Positions 1 to 9,608 of a DNA stretch of 58,680 nt are shown here, in pieces; the first letter of the stretch is position 1, and every line of letters begins with the position of its first letter. This stretch comes from Hyphomonadaceae bacterium (GTDB lineage Bacteria; Pseudomonadota; Alphaproteobacteria; Caulobacterales; Aquidulcibacteraceae), in NCBI GenBank assembly GCA_040378245.1, contig JBEINE010000001.1, forward strand, positions 1-58,680, given 5' to 3'. The notes under the pieces were generated by a model, which saw nothing but the letters and a program-made list of their open reading frames with translations, was not told where the DNA came from and searched no databases. Made by a program: the position numbers and the translations under genes.

Positions 1-62
1 CCTTCCTCCCCTTGCTTGATAACAAACGCCTTCTGGGCGTCCGTGAACTTCGATGCCTTCAT
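1..62 (-). CDS. IS3-family transposase OrfA, N-terminus (partial)
   Basis: Manual translation MKASKFTDAQKAFVIKQGEE..., a typical IS407-group OrfA N-terminus; RBS at ~70-75. Confidence 0.85.
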   Translation of the reverse strand, partial: MKASKFTDAQKAFVIKQGEE

Positions 63-143
63 GCCATAACTCCTCGTCCAGCCAAGGATGCATAAGGCCA
101 TAAACTCTAACTGCGAATGATCCAAAATTCAGGTGGCAGAGCA
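1..143 (-). mobile_element. IS3-family (IS407-like) insertion sequence, left end; continues beyond window
   Basis: Minus strand starts TGCTCTGCCACCTGAATTTTGGATCATTCGCAGTTAGAGT (TG terminus at 143), then a GAGGAG RBS and a transposase OrfA start; homology of the neighbouring CitE-like ORF stops at this point. Confidence 0.85.
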
Positions 144-636
144 GAGGCGTGAAACAACCATCGGCGTCGCGCGCGGCAGTTGCCCCCAAAGCCGCCGGCA
201 AATCCTCTGCCCCCCAGGTCAGCCCAAGAAGACGGTCCGCGTGCTTGCTGTAGGTGCCAAGTTCAAACATGGCCGCAGGTGTTTCGGTGGCTATCGGCAG
301 CACCGGAACATGCGCGTTTTGCATCATCTTGAACAGCTTATCGAGCGAAGCTGCCCCTTCTGCTTTAGGCAGGACAATTCCGTCTGGTTTGACGTCCAGA
401 ATTGCGGTCAGATCGTCTTCGATATGGACAGAATCCAGAGAATTGATCCTCACCAAGGTGACGCAGGCATGTGAGGATTTCAGGAAATCTATGGTTGCGT
501 TTCTGGCTGTCTTTTTATTGGGACCGGCAACAGAGTCCTCAAGATCCAATATGATGGCGTCGGTACCTGAAGCAACAGCCTTGGCAAATCTCTCTGGTCG
601 ATCGGCAGGCACAAACAAGAGCGAACGAAGTCTCAT
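144..636 (-). pseudogene. CitE/HpcH-HpaI family CoA-ester lyase (citryl-/citramalyl-/malyl-CoA lyase-like), interrupted by IS3 after ~164 codons
   Basis: Manual translation from ATG 636: MRLRSLLFVPADRPERFAKA...DAIILDLEDSV...VRIN...GIVLPKAE...ATETP...GLTWGAEDL, all CitE-family motifs. Absent from the ORF track because the frame has no stop within the window. Confidence 0.9.
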
Positions 637-653
637 ATTGATTGCGTTCCGCA

Positions 654-1841
654 TTAAATGGTGAGCAACAGGCAGCCCGCCAATGGCCCACCGCCGGCCG
701 CTGCCACAGCCACTTCTGCTCCGTTCACTTGCCGCAGACCCGCCTGGCCGCGCAACTGCAAGCACGCTTCGTGGACAAACCCAAAGCCATGAGTCCGGCC
801 AGCCGAAAGTTGCCCACCATGCGTATTGAGCGGCAATTCACCACCGATCCCGATACGCGAACCACCTTCGATAAAAGGTCCGCTTTCACCACGTCCGCAA
901 AATCCCAGCGCTTCGAGCCATGCCAAAGTTATATAGCTGAAGCCGTCATAAAGTTGAGCAACATCAATATCTTTTGGCTTGAGATAGGTTCGGCTCCACA
1001 TTTGCTTTGCTGCATCAGGCGCTGCCATTGCTGCAAACTCGGTGCCTTGATCCCAACTGTCGCGTCCATGAAGAGCCACACCCGCGGCACCGATGTTGAT
1101 TGGCTTTGCTGCCAGATCCGGCGTCGTTTCACGCGCCGACACGATAATCGCTGTCGAGCCGTCAACGGGGACATCGCAATCATAAAGGCAAAGAGGCGTC
1201 GAAATCATCCGCGCCGACAGATAATCATCCATTGTCAGCGGGGTGCGATAAACGGCGCTTGGATTGAGGCCCGCATGGCACCGCGCATTGATCGCGATCT
1301 GGGCCAATTGTTCCCGCGTAGTCCCATAATCGTGAAAATGCCGCTGCGCGTACATGGCAATCCAGTTTGCTGCGCTGAACGCATTGAAAGGCAGTTGCCA
1401 CTGGTAGCGATCATCAACATAGCGCTGAGAAAAGGTTGACGGATCGACCTGCGATGCAGCAGCGACGGCCCTGGCACTCCCTTCCGTCAGCGTTCGAAAG
1501 CATAGGACATGTCTGGCAAGTCCGCCCGCGACAGCCAAGCACGCATTGACAATGGCGGCAAACTGAGAGGGTGCCTCAGCGGCCCCGCAATACCAGTTTA
1601 ACTCAAGGCCCAACGCTTCCTTGACCTCGGTGATCCCGATCGGGGAAAAGCCATTCTGACCGCTGGCGCGGCCAGGCCAAGTTGAAAGGCCATCGATGTC
1701 GCAGAGACGCAAGCCTGCATCGCTCAAGGCTGCCTTTGCGGCCTCTGCGGTTAACAGCAAGGCGGACTTGTCCAGGCGTCGTCCAATTTCAGACTGTCCT
1801 ATGCCTGAAATGACCACATGGTCTTCGAAGCGTCGCTTCAT
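654..1841 (-). CDS. Thiolase-superfamily protein, SCP-x/lipid-transfer (Ltp)-like
   Basis: GIGQS N-terminus, DCDVPVDG, AQLYDGF, NTHGGQLSAG..HG; canonical CxSG motif absent; start trimmed to ATG 1841. Confidence 0.85.
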   Translation of the reverse strand: MKRRFEDHVVISGIGQSEIGRRLDKSALLLTAEAAKAALSDAGLRLCDIDGLSTWPGRASGQNGFSPIGITEVKEALGLELNWYCGAAEAPSQFAAIVNACLAVAGGLARHVLCFRTLTEGSARAVAAASQVDPSTFSQRYVDDRYQWQLPFNAFSAANWIAMYAQRHFHDYGTTREQLAQIAINARCHAGLNPSAVYRTPLTMDDYLSARMISTPLCLYDCDVPVDGSTAIIVSARETTPDLAAKPINIGAAGVALHGRDSWDQGTEFAAMAAPDAAKQMWSRTYLKPKDIDVAQLYDGFSYITLAWLEALGFCGRGESGPFIEGGSRIGIGGELPLNTHGGQLSAGRTHGFGFVHEACLQLRGQAGLRQVNGAEVAVAAAGGGPLAGCLLLTI

Positions 1842-1860
1842 GAACAAGTCCCGCCGCGCA

Positions 1861-2673
1861 TCAATTGTCGGTAGTGCCTGACTTTGCCTTCATGCCTTCC
1901 AGATCGAGCAAAACAGGAATGCCGGAAAGCGCCAAGGCATTCGCATGGCCTAATTGATGAATGTCAAAAACTGCCTGCAATGCTGTGTGCTGGCCCATGA
2001 CATCCAGCGTTTGGTTGACGGCCCGCTTGGCCATAGCAAGCGCAAAGGGGTGCATTTTTGCAATGTCGTTCGCCAGTGCCATCGTCTCGGCGTGCAACGC
2101 GTCGACTGGAACTACACGGTTCACCATTCCGAGCTGTTCAGCCTGGGCCGCAGTAAAACCCTTGGCCGTAAACAGCATTTCTTTTGCCTTGCGAGCGCCA
2201 AGCTCCCAAGTGTGGCCGTGATATTCGACGCCGCCTATGCCCATGCGCACAACAGGGTCGTTGAAATAGGCATCTTCGGCCGCAACGATCAAATCACATG
2301 GCCAACACAGCATGAGACCTGCAGCAATACAGACGCCTTGCACGGCTGCTATGGAGGGTTTGGGAACGTCGCGCCATTTTCGGGCATAACCAAGATATAA
2401 CCGTTGTTCGTGATCATAAAGCTTATGCACACCGTGACTGCTATATTCGAAATCGACGTCTCGACCTTCCGGCGACATATCATGTCCAGCCGAGAAATGC
2501 GGGCCATTGGCGCGCAGCACGATGACGCGCACAGCGTCATCTCGGGCTGCCCGGGTCCATGCATCGTCCAATTCCACCAGGAACTGGGTGTTCTGCGCAT
2601 TTCGGCGTTCTGGACGGTCGAGAGAAATGACAGCGACGCTTCCTTCGACCTCATAAGCGATGAAATCGGTCAA
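1861..2673 (-). CDS. Enoyl-CoA hydratase/isomerase (EchA13-like)
   Basis: LDRPERRNA, FSAGHD, IAAVQG.CIAAGL..CDL crotonase motifs. Confidence 0.9.
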   Translation of the reverse strand: MTDFIAYEVEGSVAVISLDRPERRNAQNTQFLVELDDAWTRAARDDAVRVIVLRANGPHFSAGHDMSPEGRDVDFEYSSHGVHKLYDHEQRLYLGYARKWRDVPKPSIAAVQGVCIAAGLMLCWPCDLIVAAEDAYFNDPVVRMGIGGVEYHGHTWELGARKAKEMLFTAKGFTAAQAEQLGMVNRVVPVDALHAETMALANDIAKMHPFALAMAKRAVNQTLDVMGQHTALQAVFDIHQLGHANALALSGIPVLLDLEGMKAKSGTTDN

Positions 2674-3866
2674 CTGCGTTCTCCATTCAGGAGCCCCTGA
2701 AGATTGAGGCTCATGATCTGCTCCTGCGCAGTCGGCGACATGCCTTTCAATTCGTCAATGAACGAAAGAGGGTCAGCCAAGCCTTCAGGATGCGGATAGT
2801 CACTGCCATACAAGACCTGCGACACGCCAATCAGTTCAGCCAGCTTTTCAATCGGCTCCTCATAATATGGAGCAACAAAGATATGGCGTTTGAAAATCTC
2901 AACCGGGTGCCGTTTAAACATCTGCGGCATCTGTCCGTAGATATGCTTGAAAGTGTCGAGCAGCGGCTCGACCCACATGGCGCCATTTTCCACGCTGACA
3001 ACCCGAACATCGGGGTGGCGATCAAAAACGCCGTGGCAAATTAACGCCGATATTGTATCGGAAATGGCACGCTCACCCACGCGCAATGCGGACCGGAACG
3101 GATCGGGTTGAAATGGCAGATATTCGATGCCGCCAATCCACATTTGCGCAAAGCGATCATAGCCCGAGTCCGACGAATGCAAGCAAACGAAAATCCGCGC
3201 TTCGTTAACCCGTGCCCAAAAGGGATCGAACTCAGCAGCACCTGGTGACCTGCCGCCACGATAGCCTGGAACGGGAGCCGGCCGGATCGCCACAGTTCGC
3301 GCACCATTCGCCAACGCCCATTCAAGCTCGGCTACAGCGCGATCGACATCGGCCAGACTGATGATGGGGACCGTGAACAAGCGGCCTTCGCGGGCAAAGC
3401 CCCATTCTTCATGTTCCCATTGGTTGAGCGAATGCAGCACATCATGCAGCAATTCATGATCCTGCCCCATGCGCTCCTCTACGACCGACGCAAGGGTAGG
3501 AAAAACGAGCGTTGCCTGAATATTCTGCTCATCGAGCAATTTCAGTCGTTCTGCGCCATTCCGATAGGGTGGAATGCACGGCACGGGTTCGCCCGAAAGC
3601 TCACGCAGTGTCAGCCCTTCCTCATTGGTCGCGCGGTACCATTTTTCATGGGCCCCGGGAGCGGCGACCAAGTCGAAAGTTGGATTGGGAATATAGTCGG
3701 AAATATGACCTCGGACGGCCAATTTTGTCCGGCCTTCAACCTGAACAAACTGGAATTCGCGCTTCCACTTCTTGGGCAAATGACGCGTAAACGCCTCGGC
3801 CGGCTCATAGAGATGGTTGTCAGCGTCGAAGACAGGAAATGGAATTTGGGTCACGCTTGCGGACAT
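2670..3866 (-). CDS. Amidohydrolase family 2 protein
   Basis: DADNH, FDPFWAR, GSDYPH motifs; GGAGG RBS before ATG 3866. Confidence 0.88.
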   Translation of the reverse strand: MSASVTQIPFPVFDADNHLYEPAEAFTRHLPKKWKREFQFVQVEGRTKLAVRGHISDYIPNPTFDLVAAPGAHEKWYRATNEEGLTLRELSGEPVPCIPPYRNGAERLKLLDEQNIQATLVFPTLASVVEERMGQDHELLHDVLHSLNQWEHEEWGFAREGRLFTVPIISLADVDRAVAELEWALANGARTVAIRPAPVPGYRGGRSPGAAEFDPFWARVNEARIFVCLHSSDSGYDRFAQMWIGGIEYLPFQPDPFRSALRVGERAISDTISALICHGVFDRHPDVRVVSVENGAMWVEPLLDTFKHIYGQMPQMFKRHPVEIFKRHIFVAPYYEEPIEKLAELIGVSQVLYGSDYPHPEGLADPLSFIDELKGMSPTAQEQIMSLNLQGLLNGERS

Positions 3867-3888
3867 ATAAAGGCCTCCTAGTTTTAAA

Positions 3889-3907
3889 AACTGATACACC
3901 ATCGGTT
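3889..3907. promoter_or_regulatory. Island operator copy AACTGATACACCATCGGTT
   Basis: Matches the repeated palindrome AACTGAY-N5-RTCAGTT; upstream of the amidohydrolase. Confidence 0.75.
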
Positions 3908-3980
3908 ATTGACATTCAAGCGGCATTCGGCGCTGGGCTGTGGCGGAAAATCCGCCCCACCCAGAGCGAGATATTGGCTT

Positions 3981-5180
3981 TCAATTAAATGGTTTACCCT
4001 TGTCCGGGCGATAATCTTGCGGCAATTTCAATATATGTTCGGCAATGGTGTTGCGCAGAATCTCGTCCGTGCCACCAGCGATCCGCAAAGTGGGCGAGTC
4101 GAGCCATGAAGCGGAGAAATGACTTCGAATCGCATCGCCCTCGGACCATGACACCCCTTCAACCCCGGCAAGGTCGAGCGCCAACGCCCCGATACGCTGC
4201 CGACTCGCGGCTGACAGTAGCTTTCTTACCGCACCTTCAGGGCCCGGCTCGCCCCCCCGCGCCAGGGCTGCAACGGCCCGGTCGTGAATGATCCTGAGGC
4301 CTTGTTGCTCGCAATATGCCCGCGCGATTTCATCACGCACCTGTCCGTCATCGATGGCTGCCTTGTCGCCGTCCCCGACTTGCCGGGCGAGATCGATCAG
4401 TGCGCTCAATGGCGGGCCGTAACCCGCCGGATCGGTCACGGCGTAACGCTCAATCATCAGTGTATCGATGGCGACGCGGAAGCCGCCTCCGACGTCGCCT
4501 AGCCGCTGATTGTCAGAGATATACACCTCGTCAAAGAAGACTTCATTGACGTCTTCATTTCCGCTCAGAAGCTTGACGGGACGAACCGAGATGCCGGTCG
4601 ATTTCATATCGACATAGAAATAGGTCAGTCCGGCATGTTTTGGGACCGAAGGATCCGTGCGTGCAACAACGACGCCGAAGTCAGAAAACTGCGCCCAGGA
4701 TGTCCAGAGTTTCTGCCCATTGAGCCGCCAGCCATCGCCGTCCCGGCGTGCCGCGAGCCGCAGGGCCGCAAGATCTGAACCCGCCGCCGGCTCCGAAAAA
4801 AGCTGGCACCAGATTTCCTCGCCACGGATTGCCGGCGGGATATGACGATTGCGTTGTTCGTCGTTGGCATAGCGCGCCATGATCGGGATTGGCATACCGA
4901 GGCTGATAGAAAAATAGGCCGTGGGCAAATCGAAGCGCATCTCCTCTTCGGAGAAGATTGCCTTTTCGACTTCGGTGCCTCCCGCACCGCCATATTCCTG
5001 GGGCAGCGTAATCGCCGCAAAGCCGGATTCCGCCTTCAGCCTTTGCCAGCGCTTGCCCAAAGCAAGGTCATCTTCAACGCTCAGCCCATCACGAACCGAA
5101 CCGGAATAGCTGGGGGCATGCTCAGACAACCATTCCCGCGCCTGTTGACGATAGGCGACGTTGCGATCGGTTGTGCTCAT
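3981..5180 (-). CDS. Acyl-CoA dehydrogenase (catalytic alpha-type subunit)
   Basis: WCQLFSEPAAGSD, NGQKLWTS, TLMIER, IAGGTDEI; ATGA overlap with the upstream ACAD at 5177-5180. Confidence 0.92.
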   Translation of the reverse strand: MSTTDRNVAYRQQAREWLSEHAPSYSGSVRDGLSVEDDLALGKRWQRLKAESGFAAITLPQEYGGAGGTEVEKAIFSEEEMRFDLPTAYFSISLGMPIPIMARYANDEQRNRHIPPAIRGEEIWCQLFSEPAAGSDLAALRLAARRDGDGWRLNGQKLWTSWAQFSDFGVVVARTDPSVPKHAGLTYFYVDMKSTGISVRPVKLLSGNEDVNEVFFDEVYISDNQRLGDVGGGFRVAIDTLMIERYAVTDPAGYGPPLSALIDLARQVGDGDKAAIDDGQVRDEIARAYCEQQGLRIIHDRAVAALARGGEPGPEGAVRKLLSAASRQRIGALALDLAGVEGVSWSEGDAIRSHFSASWLDSPTLRIAGGTDEILRNTIAEHILKLPQDYRPDKGKPFN

Positions 5181-6280
5181 GCCGCTGCTCCTGCCAGATG
5201 GTCGATCAGTTGATTGCGCCACCCAATTGGCGAACCCAATTCAAGAGCCAACACACGCGACCGGCGATAGTGGTGATGAAGGCCGCCCTCCCAAGTCACG
5301 CCGATTCCGCCATGCACTTGAATGGCCGTTTTTGCCGCCAATTCATAGGCGTGGGTCGAGGCAAGCCTAGCTGTTGCGGCGGCGACCGGCAGATTCGCAA
5401 GACCATCAGGACTGAGGGCATGATATACATTTCCACGCGCGATTTCGATTGCGGCATAGACGTCCGCAAGCGCATGTTTGATGGCCTGAAAGCGACCGAT
5501 TGACTGCCCAAAGGCCGTTCGTGTGCGGGCATAGTCGCACGCAATATCCAGACAGGCCTGCGCCCCGCCCAACTGCTCGCAGGCGTAGGCAATTGCAGCG
5601 CGATCAAGCAACCAACCAGCTGAATTCTGGCGACCATTTTCGCAAAGGCGCGCCGGGGTACCGTCAAATATTAAATCAGCATAGCCGCGACTATCATCAA
5701 GCGCAGGGTGTGGCTGACGCATGACCGACGGGTCGTTCAAATCGGCGAGCACAAGGCCGACACTTCCAGGTGACGATCGCACATAAATCAACGCGTGACT
5801 TGCGACAGCACCAAAGGCCACGGCAGCTTTTGTCCCATATAGACGGGTACCATCGAACCGCACCGAAGGTTGGGCCGGAAGCAAGTTGGTGCCCTTCTCG
5901 CAGATCCCGATGGTCGCTATGACTTTCCCTGCCGCAATGTCAGCCAGATATTCGCGATCCGGATGTCCCGAAGCCAGGGTGCCCAGATAGTCGGCGACCA
6001 CCGCCGTACTGCTGTGCGGGATTGCACCGCATACCCGCCCAATTTCTTCAGCGAGCATACAGACCGTTGTCCAACCAATATCGTGCCCGCCAAAGGCTTC
6101 AGCGACAACCGCCCCGGGCCAGCCAAGTTCAGCCGTGCCATTCCAAAGCGCTGTGTCAAAGCCTTCCTTGTTTTCGAGCAGTGCACATAAACGTGATAGC
6201 GTTGAATATTCAGCCAAAACTTCATGGGCCTGGTCACGAATCATGACTTGGTCGGCATCGAGATCGAAAGTTGCCGTCAT
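5177..6280 (-). CDS. Acyl-CoA dehydrogenase (short beta-type partner subunit)
   Basis: R.AFGQSIGRFQAIKH, IQVHGGIGVTWE; lacks SEP..GSD motif. Confidence 0.9.
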   Translation of the reverse strand: MTATFDLDADQVMIRDQAHEVLAEYSTLSRLCALLENKEGFDTALWNGTAELGWPGAVVAEAFGGHDIGWTTVCMLAEEIGRVCGAIPHSSTAVVADYLGTLASGHPDREYLADIAAGKVIATIGICEKGTNLLPAQPSVRFDGTRLYGTKAAVAFGAVASHALIYVRSSPGSVGLVLADLNDPSVMRQPHPALDDSRGYADLIFDGTPARLCENGRQNSAGWLLDRAAIAYACEQLGGAQACLDIACDYARTRTAFGQSIGRFQAIKHALADVYAAIEIARGNVYHALSPDGLANLPVAAATARLASTHAYELAAKTAIQVHGGIGVTWEGGLHHHYRRSRVLALELGSPIGWRNQLIDHLAGAAA

Positions 6281-6382
6281 GAAATATCCACTCCTGTTCG
6301 CTCACTCGGCACGACTTCGCTGCCCTTCCGATTTCGATCGACAAAATCCATTCCGCACCCCAATCTCAACGCTCGCTTCAAT

Positions 6383-6401
6383 AACCGATGATATGCCAGT
6401 T
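6383..6401. promoter_or_regulatory. Island operator copy AACCGATGATATGCCAGTT
   Basis: Palindromic motif match upstream of the ACAD pair. Confidence 0.72.
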
Positions 6402-6421
6402 TTAGTAAAATCGATAAAATA

Positions 6422-6889
6422 TCAAGTGCTATTTGATGCCGGAGGATTCCGCCTCGTAAAGTGCGGCAATGCGACTTCGCCATGCGGCTCAAAGACGACT
6501 TGAAGAGGCATGCCAATCTGGATTTCCTGCTCAGCAAGGCCGACGAGCTGCGTTGTCAGCCGCAACCCGGACTGTTCAACCAATTCAACCACCGCGATGA
6601 CAAAGGGCACTGGAACACGTGGGTCCCATTGCTGAAAATTGACCGAAAAGCTGAAGAGCAAGGCAGCGCCGCTCACTGGTTCAGGCAACACCGACTGACT
6701 TTGACAGTGGCGGCACACCGGTGCCGGCGGGTGGATATAAAGCGCGCAATCTTGACATTTTGTGATCAGCAGCGCGTCGTTCAGCCCGCCGGTCCAAAAG
6801 GCCCGAGTGTCACTATCTGGCGTCGGCAAATTCGGAACGATTTGCTGCGCTCCCTTCATGGAGCTCATCGAATGATCACTCTGCATCAT
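6422..6889 (-). CDS. DUF35 Zn-ribbon/OB-fold protein
   Basis: FW.G...L.ITKCQDC...HPP..VCRHC, VELVEQSGLRL, IGMPLQVVF; GGGAG RBS at ~6895. Confidence 0.9.
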   Translation of the reverse strand: MMQSDHSMSSMKGAQQIVPNLPTPDSDTRAFWTGGLNDALLITKCQDCALYIHPPAPVCRHCQSQSVLPEPVSGAALLFSFSVNFQQWDPRVPVPFVIAVVELVEQSGLRLTTQLVGLAEQEIQIGMPLQVVFEPHGEVALPHFTRRNPPASNST

Positions 6890-6944
6890 CAAAACTCCCA
6901 CTCGGCCACCGGCTGCGCACGATATTGCCGCTTGCAAATCTGTC

Positions 6945-6963
6945 GACTGACGATATGTCAGTT
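6945..6963. promoter_or_regulatory. Island operator copy GACTGACGATATGTCAGTT (divergent DUF35/SDR promoter)
   Basis: Near-perfect palindrome in a divergent intergenic region. Confidence 0.8.
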
Positions 6964-6993
6964 ATATAGAATATTTGCAACATTGGAGTAGGA

Positions 6994-7797
6994 TTGATGG
7001 AACATATCTGGAATGAATATCGGGATCGACAGGTTGTTGTGACCGGCGCAGCGTCTGGCATGGGTGAGGCCGTGACCAAGTTCTTAGTGACAGCTGGCGC
7101 CAAAGTGTCGGCGATCGATATCAAGCCAATCAGCCAGGACGGCGTGACCGCGATTTCGGCCGACTTCACTGACGCGGATTCCATCGATGCCGCTGCCAAC
7201 CAAATTACGCAACCACTGGACGCGGTCTTCTGCTGTGCAGGCCTCGCGCCGGTGCGCCCGCCCGCCGATGTCGTGCTGGTCAATTATTTCGCGAATGTGC
7301 GGCTGATTAGTCGATTATTGCCACTGATTGGTAAAGGTGGCGCGATCGCAACCATCGCTTCGCTTCCGACCGGTTGGGAACAAATCTTTCCCAAGATCGC
7401 GCCAGGGCTGGAGATTAGTGATTTTGCTGAGGCCCGTGCGTGGGTTGATGCCAATGTCGCGGAGGTTGACGGAACTGGTTACATGATGAGCAAATATGCT
7501 TTGATCGCGTGGACGATTTTGAATGCCCCGCGTCTGATGGCTGACCATGGCGTTCGGCTGAATACATTGGCCCCCGGCAAGACCGAGACGCCAATGATGG
7601 GCGACTTCCGCAAGGCTGCAAGTGCCGGGCTGGACGCATTGCCGGTTCCCGCCGGACGGTCATCGACGCCCGAGGAGCAGGCAAATGCGATGATGTTCCT
7701 CAACTCCCCCTTGTCGAGCTACCTGGTTGGGGCCGTGCTGTCCAATGACGGCGGATCGGCCGCAGCCTTGCTGGGCGGATTCTTGCGTCAGAACTGA
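6994..7797 (+). CDS. SDR oxidoreductase (3-alpha-HSD/coniferyl alcohol dehydrogenase-like)
   Basis: VTGAASGMG, YMMSK catalytic motif, PGKTETPM. Confidence 0.88.
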   Translation: MMEHIWNEYRDRQVVVTGAASGMGEAVTKFLVTAGAKVSAIDIKPISQDGVTAISADFTDADSIDAAANQITQPLDAVFCCAGLAPVRPPADVVLVNYFANVRLISRLLPLIGKGGAIATIASLPTGWEQIFPKIAPGLEISDFAEARAWVDANVAEVDGTGYMMSKYALIAWTILNAPRLMADHGVRLNTLAPGKTETPMMGDFRKAASAGLDALPVPAGRSSTPEEQANAMMFLNSPLSSYLVGAVLSNDGGSAAALLGGFLRQN

Positions 7798-7832
7798 TAG
7801 GGATTGGCACACATTAATGTCGGCGAACTCCG

Positions 7833-8030
7833 TCAATCGTCCTCAACGAGCGTGATGATGCCCTCCGGACAAGCACGTGCGCAAGCGCGCGCTTGCTTAT
7901 CTAAACCGGGCTTTACCAAGACCATCCGGGTGACGTTGAAGCCATGATCGTTCAGCGTGATAAGGTCGGGGGCCACAGCTTGGCATTGGGCGTGTCCGAC
8001 GCAGCGCTTAACATCAACTATCAACTTCAT
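7833..8030 (-). CDS. Small ferredoxin, [3Fe-4S]-type (P450-associated class)
   Basis: CVGHAQC...CPEG motif, 65 aa. Confidence 0.88.
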   Translation of the reverse strand: MKLIVDVKRCVGHAQCQAVAPDLITLNDHGFNVTRMVLVKPGLDKQARACARACPEGIITLVEDD

Positions 8031-8053
8031 TGACCCACCATTGCCTTTCCGAG

Positions 8054-8096
8054 ATATAGCGTTATAACTGACATAGCGTTAGTTATAACGCTATAT
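8054..8096. promoter_or_regulatory. 43-bp inverted repeat containing operator copy AACTGACATAGCGTTAGTT (8066-8084)
   Basis: Perfect 16-bp arms ATATAGCGTTATAACT / AGTTATAACGCTATAT between the divergent ferredoxin and SDR genes. Confidence 0.85.
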
Positions 8097-8142
8097 GCTG
8101 GATGCGCAACATGTAGTTCGGTTGAAGTGGGAAAGGCAGAAT

Positions 8143-8913
8143 ATGACAAAGCCAGCTCTGCTAGACGGCAAGATCGCTGCCGTTACCGGCGCTGGTCAAG
8201 GGCTGGGTAGGGTCATCGCCAGGCAACTTGTCATGTCCGGGATACAGGTGGCAGCGATCGGAAGGCAAATGGCCCCGCTTGAATCGCTGGCCGATGAAGC
8301 GCCCGGGATGCTCATACCAGTGGTTGCGGACATCGCCGATCCGGCGCAAATCGAACGCGCATTCCAAGACATCGACGAGACGCTCGGCGGCATCGATATA
8401 TTGATCAACAATGCCGCAATCTATCCGCTTGCGTCGGTTGAAGAATCGGACGCCGCCGAAATTGCCCATACGCCCGCCGTCAATCTGACCGGACCCATAT
8501 TGTGTATGAAGGCTTGTATAGCGCGCATGCGGCGCCGGGGCTGCGGGGACATTATCAACATTTCAAGCGAATCGGTGCAACGTCCCTTTCCTTTTCTGGG
8601 CGTTTACGCTGCGAGCAAGGCCGGTCTGGAAAGCATAACGGAATCCATTCGCAGTGAAGTAGCGGACGTCGATATCCGTATATCCGTGTTGCAATGCGGG
8701 GCCATGGACGGCCCACCACCCAGTCATCCTTCCTGGACTGAAGACCGTGTCGCACAATTTATGGCAACGGCATCAAAAAGCGGTCATCTGGCGACTAGCG
8801 GCAAACCAATGCCGCCCGAAGCCGTGGCACAGGCGATCCTGCATATCCTGCAACTGCCCCGCGAAGCCAACGCCGATTTTATCGCAGTGCGCTCATCGAG
8901 GAGCAGAATATGA
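8143..8913 (+). CDS. SDR oxidoreductase
   Basis: TGAGQGLG, NNAA, YAASK; start moved to ATG 8143 behind a GAAAGG RBS. Confidence 0.88.
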   Translation: MTKPALLDGKIAAVTGAGQGLGRVIARQLVMSGIQVAAIGRQMAPLESLADEAPGMLIPVVADIADPAQIERAFQDIDETLGGIDILINNAAIYPLASVEESDAAEIAHTPAVNLTGPILCMKACIARMRRRGCGDIINISSESVQRPFPFLGVYAASKAGLESITESIRSEVADVDIRISVLQCGAMDGPPPSHPSWTEDRVAQFMATASKSGHLATSGKPMPPEAVAQAILHILQLPREANADFIAVRSSRSRI

Positions 8914-9608
8914 AAAAACGGGTTGTCATTATAACGGGCGGGTTCGGTGTGCTGGGCACAACGGTCGCATCGGCTTTCCTGTCGCAGGGTGACAGGGTTG
9001 TCAGGGTTGATGCCGCTCCGGCACCGCCGCCGCCATCCGATCAGGCGGCCCAGGGATTTTTTGATCTGCCATCGGTCGATATTTCAGATCCAAAATCTGC
9101 CCGCGACTGCATTGCGCTTATTGACCGGGAATTGGGTCCGGCATCGGTGCTTGTGAACATTGCCGGAGGATTCATATGGGAGACGCTTGAGTCAGGGGAC
9201 GACGGCAACTGGGAACGCATGTTTCGCACCAATGCCCTCACGGCAGTCAATATGGCGCGCGCGGCTCTGCCGATGCTGGGGCACCAGGGAAGTGGGGCAG
9301 TTATTAATATTGGTGCCCATGCGGCGTTAAAGGCCGGTCCCGGAATGGGACCCTATGCCGCGTCGAAGGCAGCGGTTCACAGCTTGACCGAGAGCCTCGC
9401 AGAAGAAAGTGCTGGCCTCGATGTTACCGTCAATGCGCTGTTGCCGACGATTATTGACACACCGGCGAATCGCGCCGCAATGCCCAACGCTGACCGTTCG
9501 CAATGGATCAGTCCCACCGCTCTGGCAGAAATTACGCTGTTTCTCGCGTCACAATCCGCGCGCGCCATTACGGGGGCCCTGATTCCAGTGCGCAGGGGTA
9601 CAGCTTAG
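8910..9608 (+). CDS. SDR oxidoreductase
   Basis: TGGFGVLG, YAASK, IDTPANR; ATGA-coupled to the previous SDR. Confidence 0.88.
   Translation: MKKRVVIITGGFGVLGTTVASAFLSQGDRVVRVDAAPAPPPPSDQAAQGFFDLPSVDISDPKSARDCIALIDRELGPASVLVNIAGGFIWETLESGDDGNWERMFRTNALTAVNMARAALPMLGHQGSGAVINIGAHAALKAGPGMGPYAASKAAVHSLTESLAEESAGLDVTVNALLPTIIDTPANRAAMPNADRSQWISPTALAEITLFLASQSARAITGALIPVRRGTA

Noticed and set aside
3931-3968. Imperfect hairpin (GGCGGA-AAA-TCCGCC core) after the ACAD stop
   Set aside because: A possible terminator, but the stem is short and there is no U-tract; not supportable as a feature.
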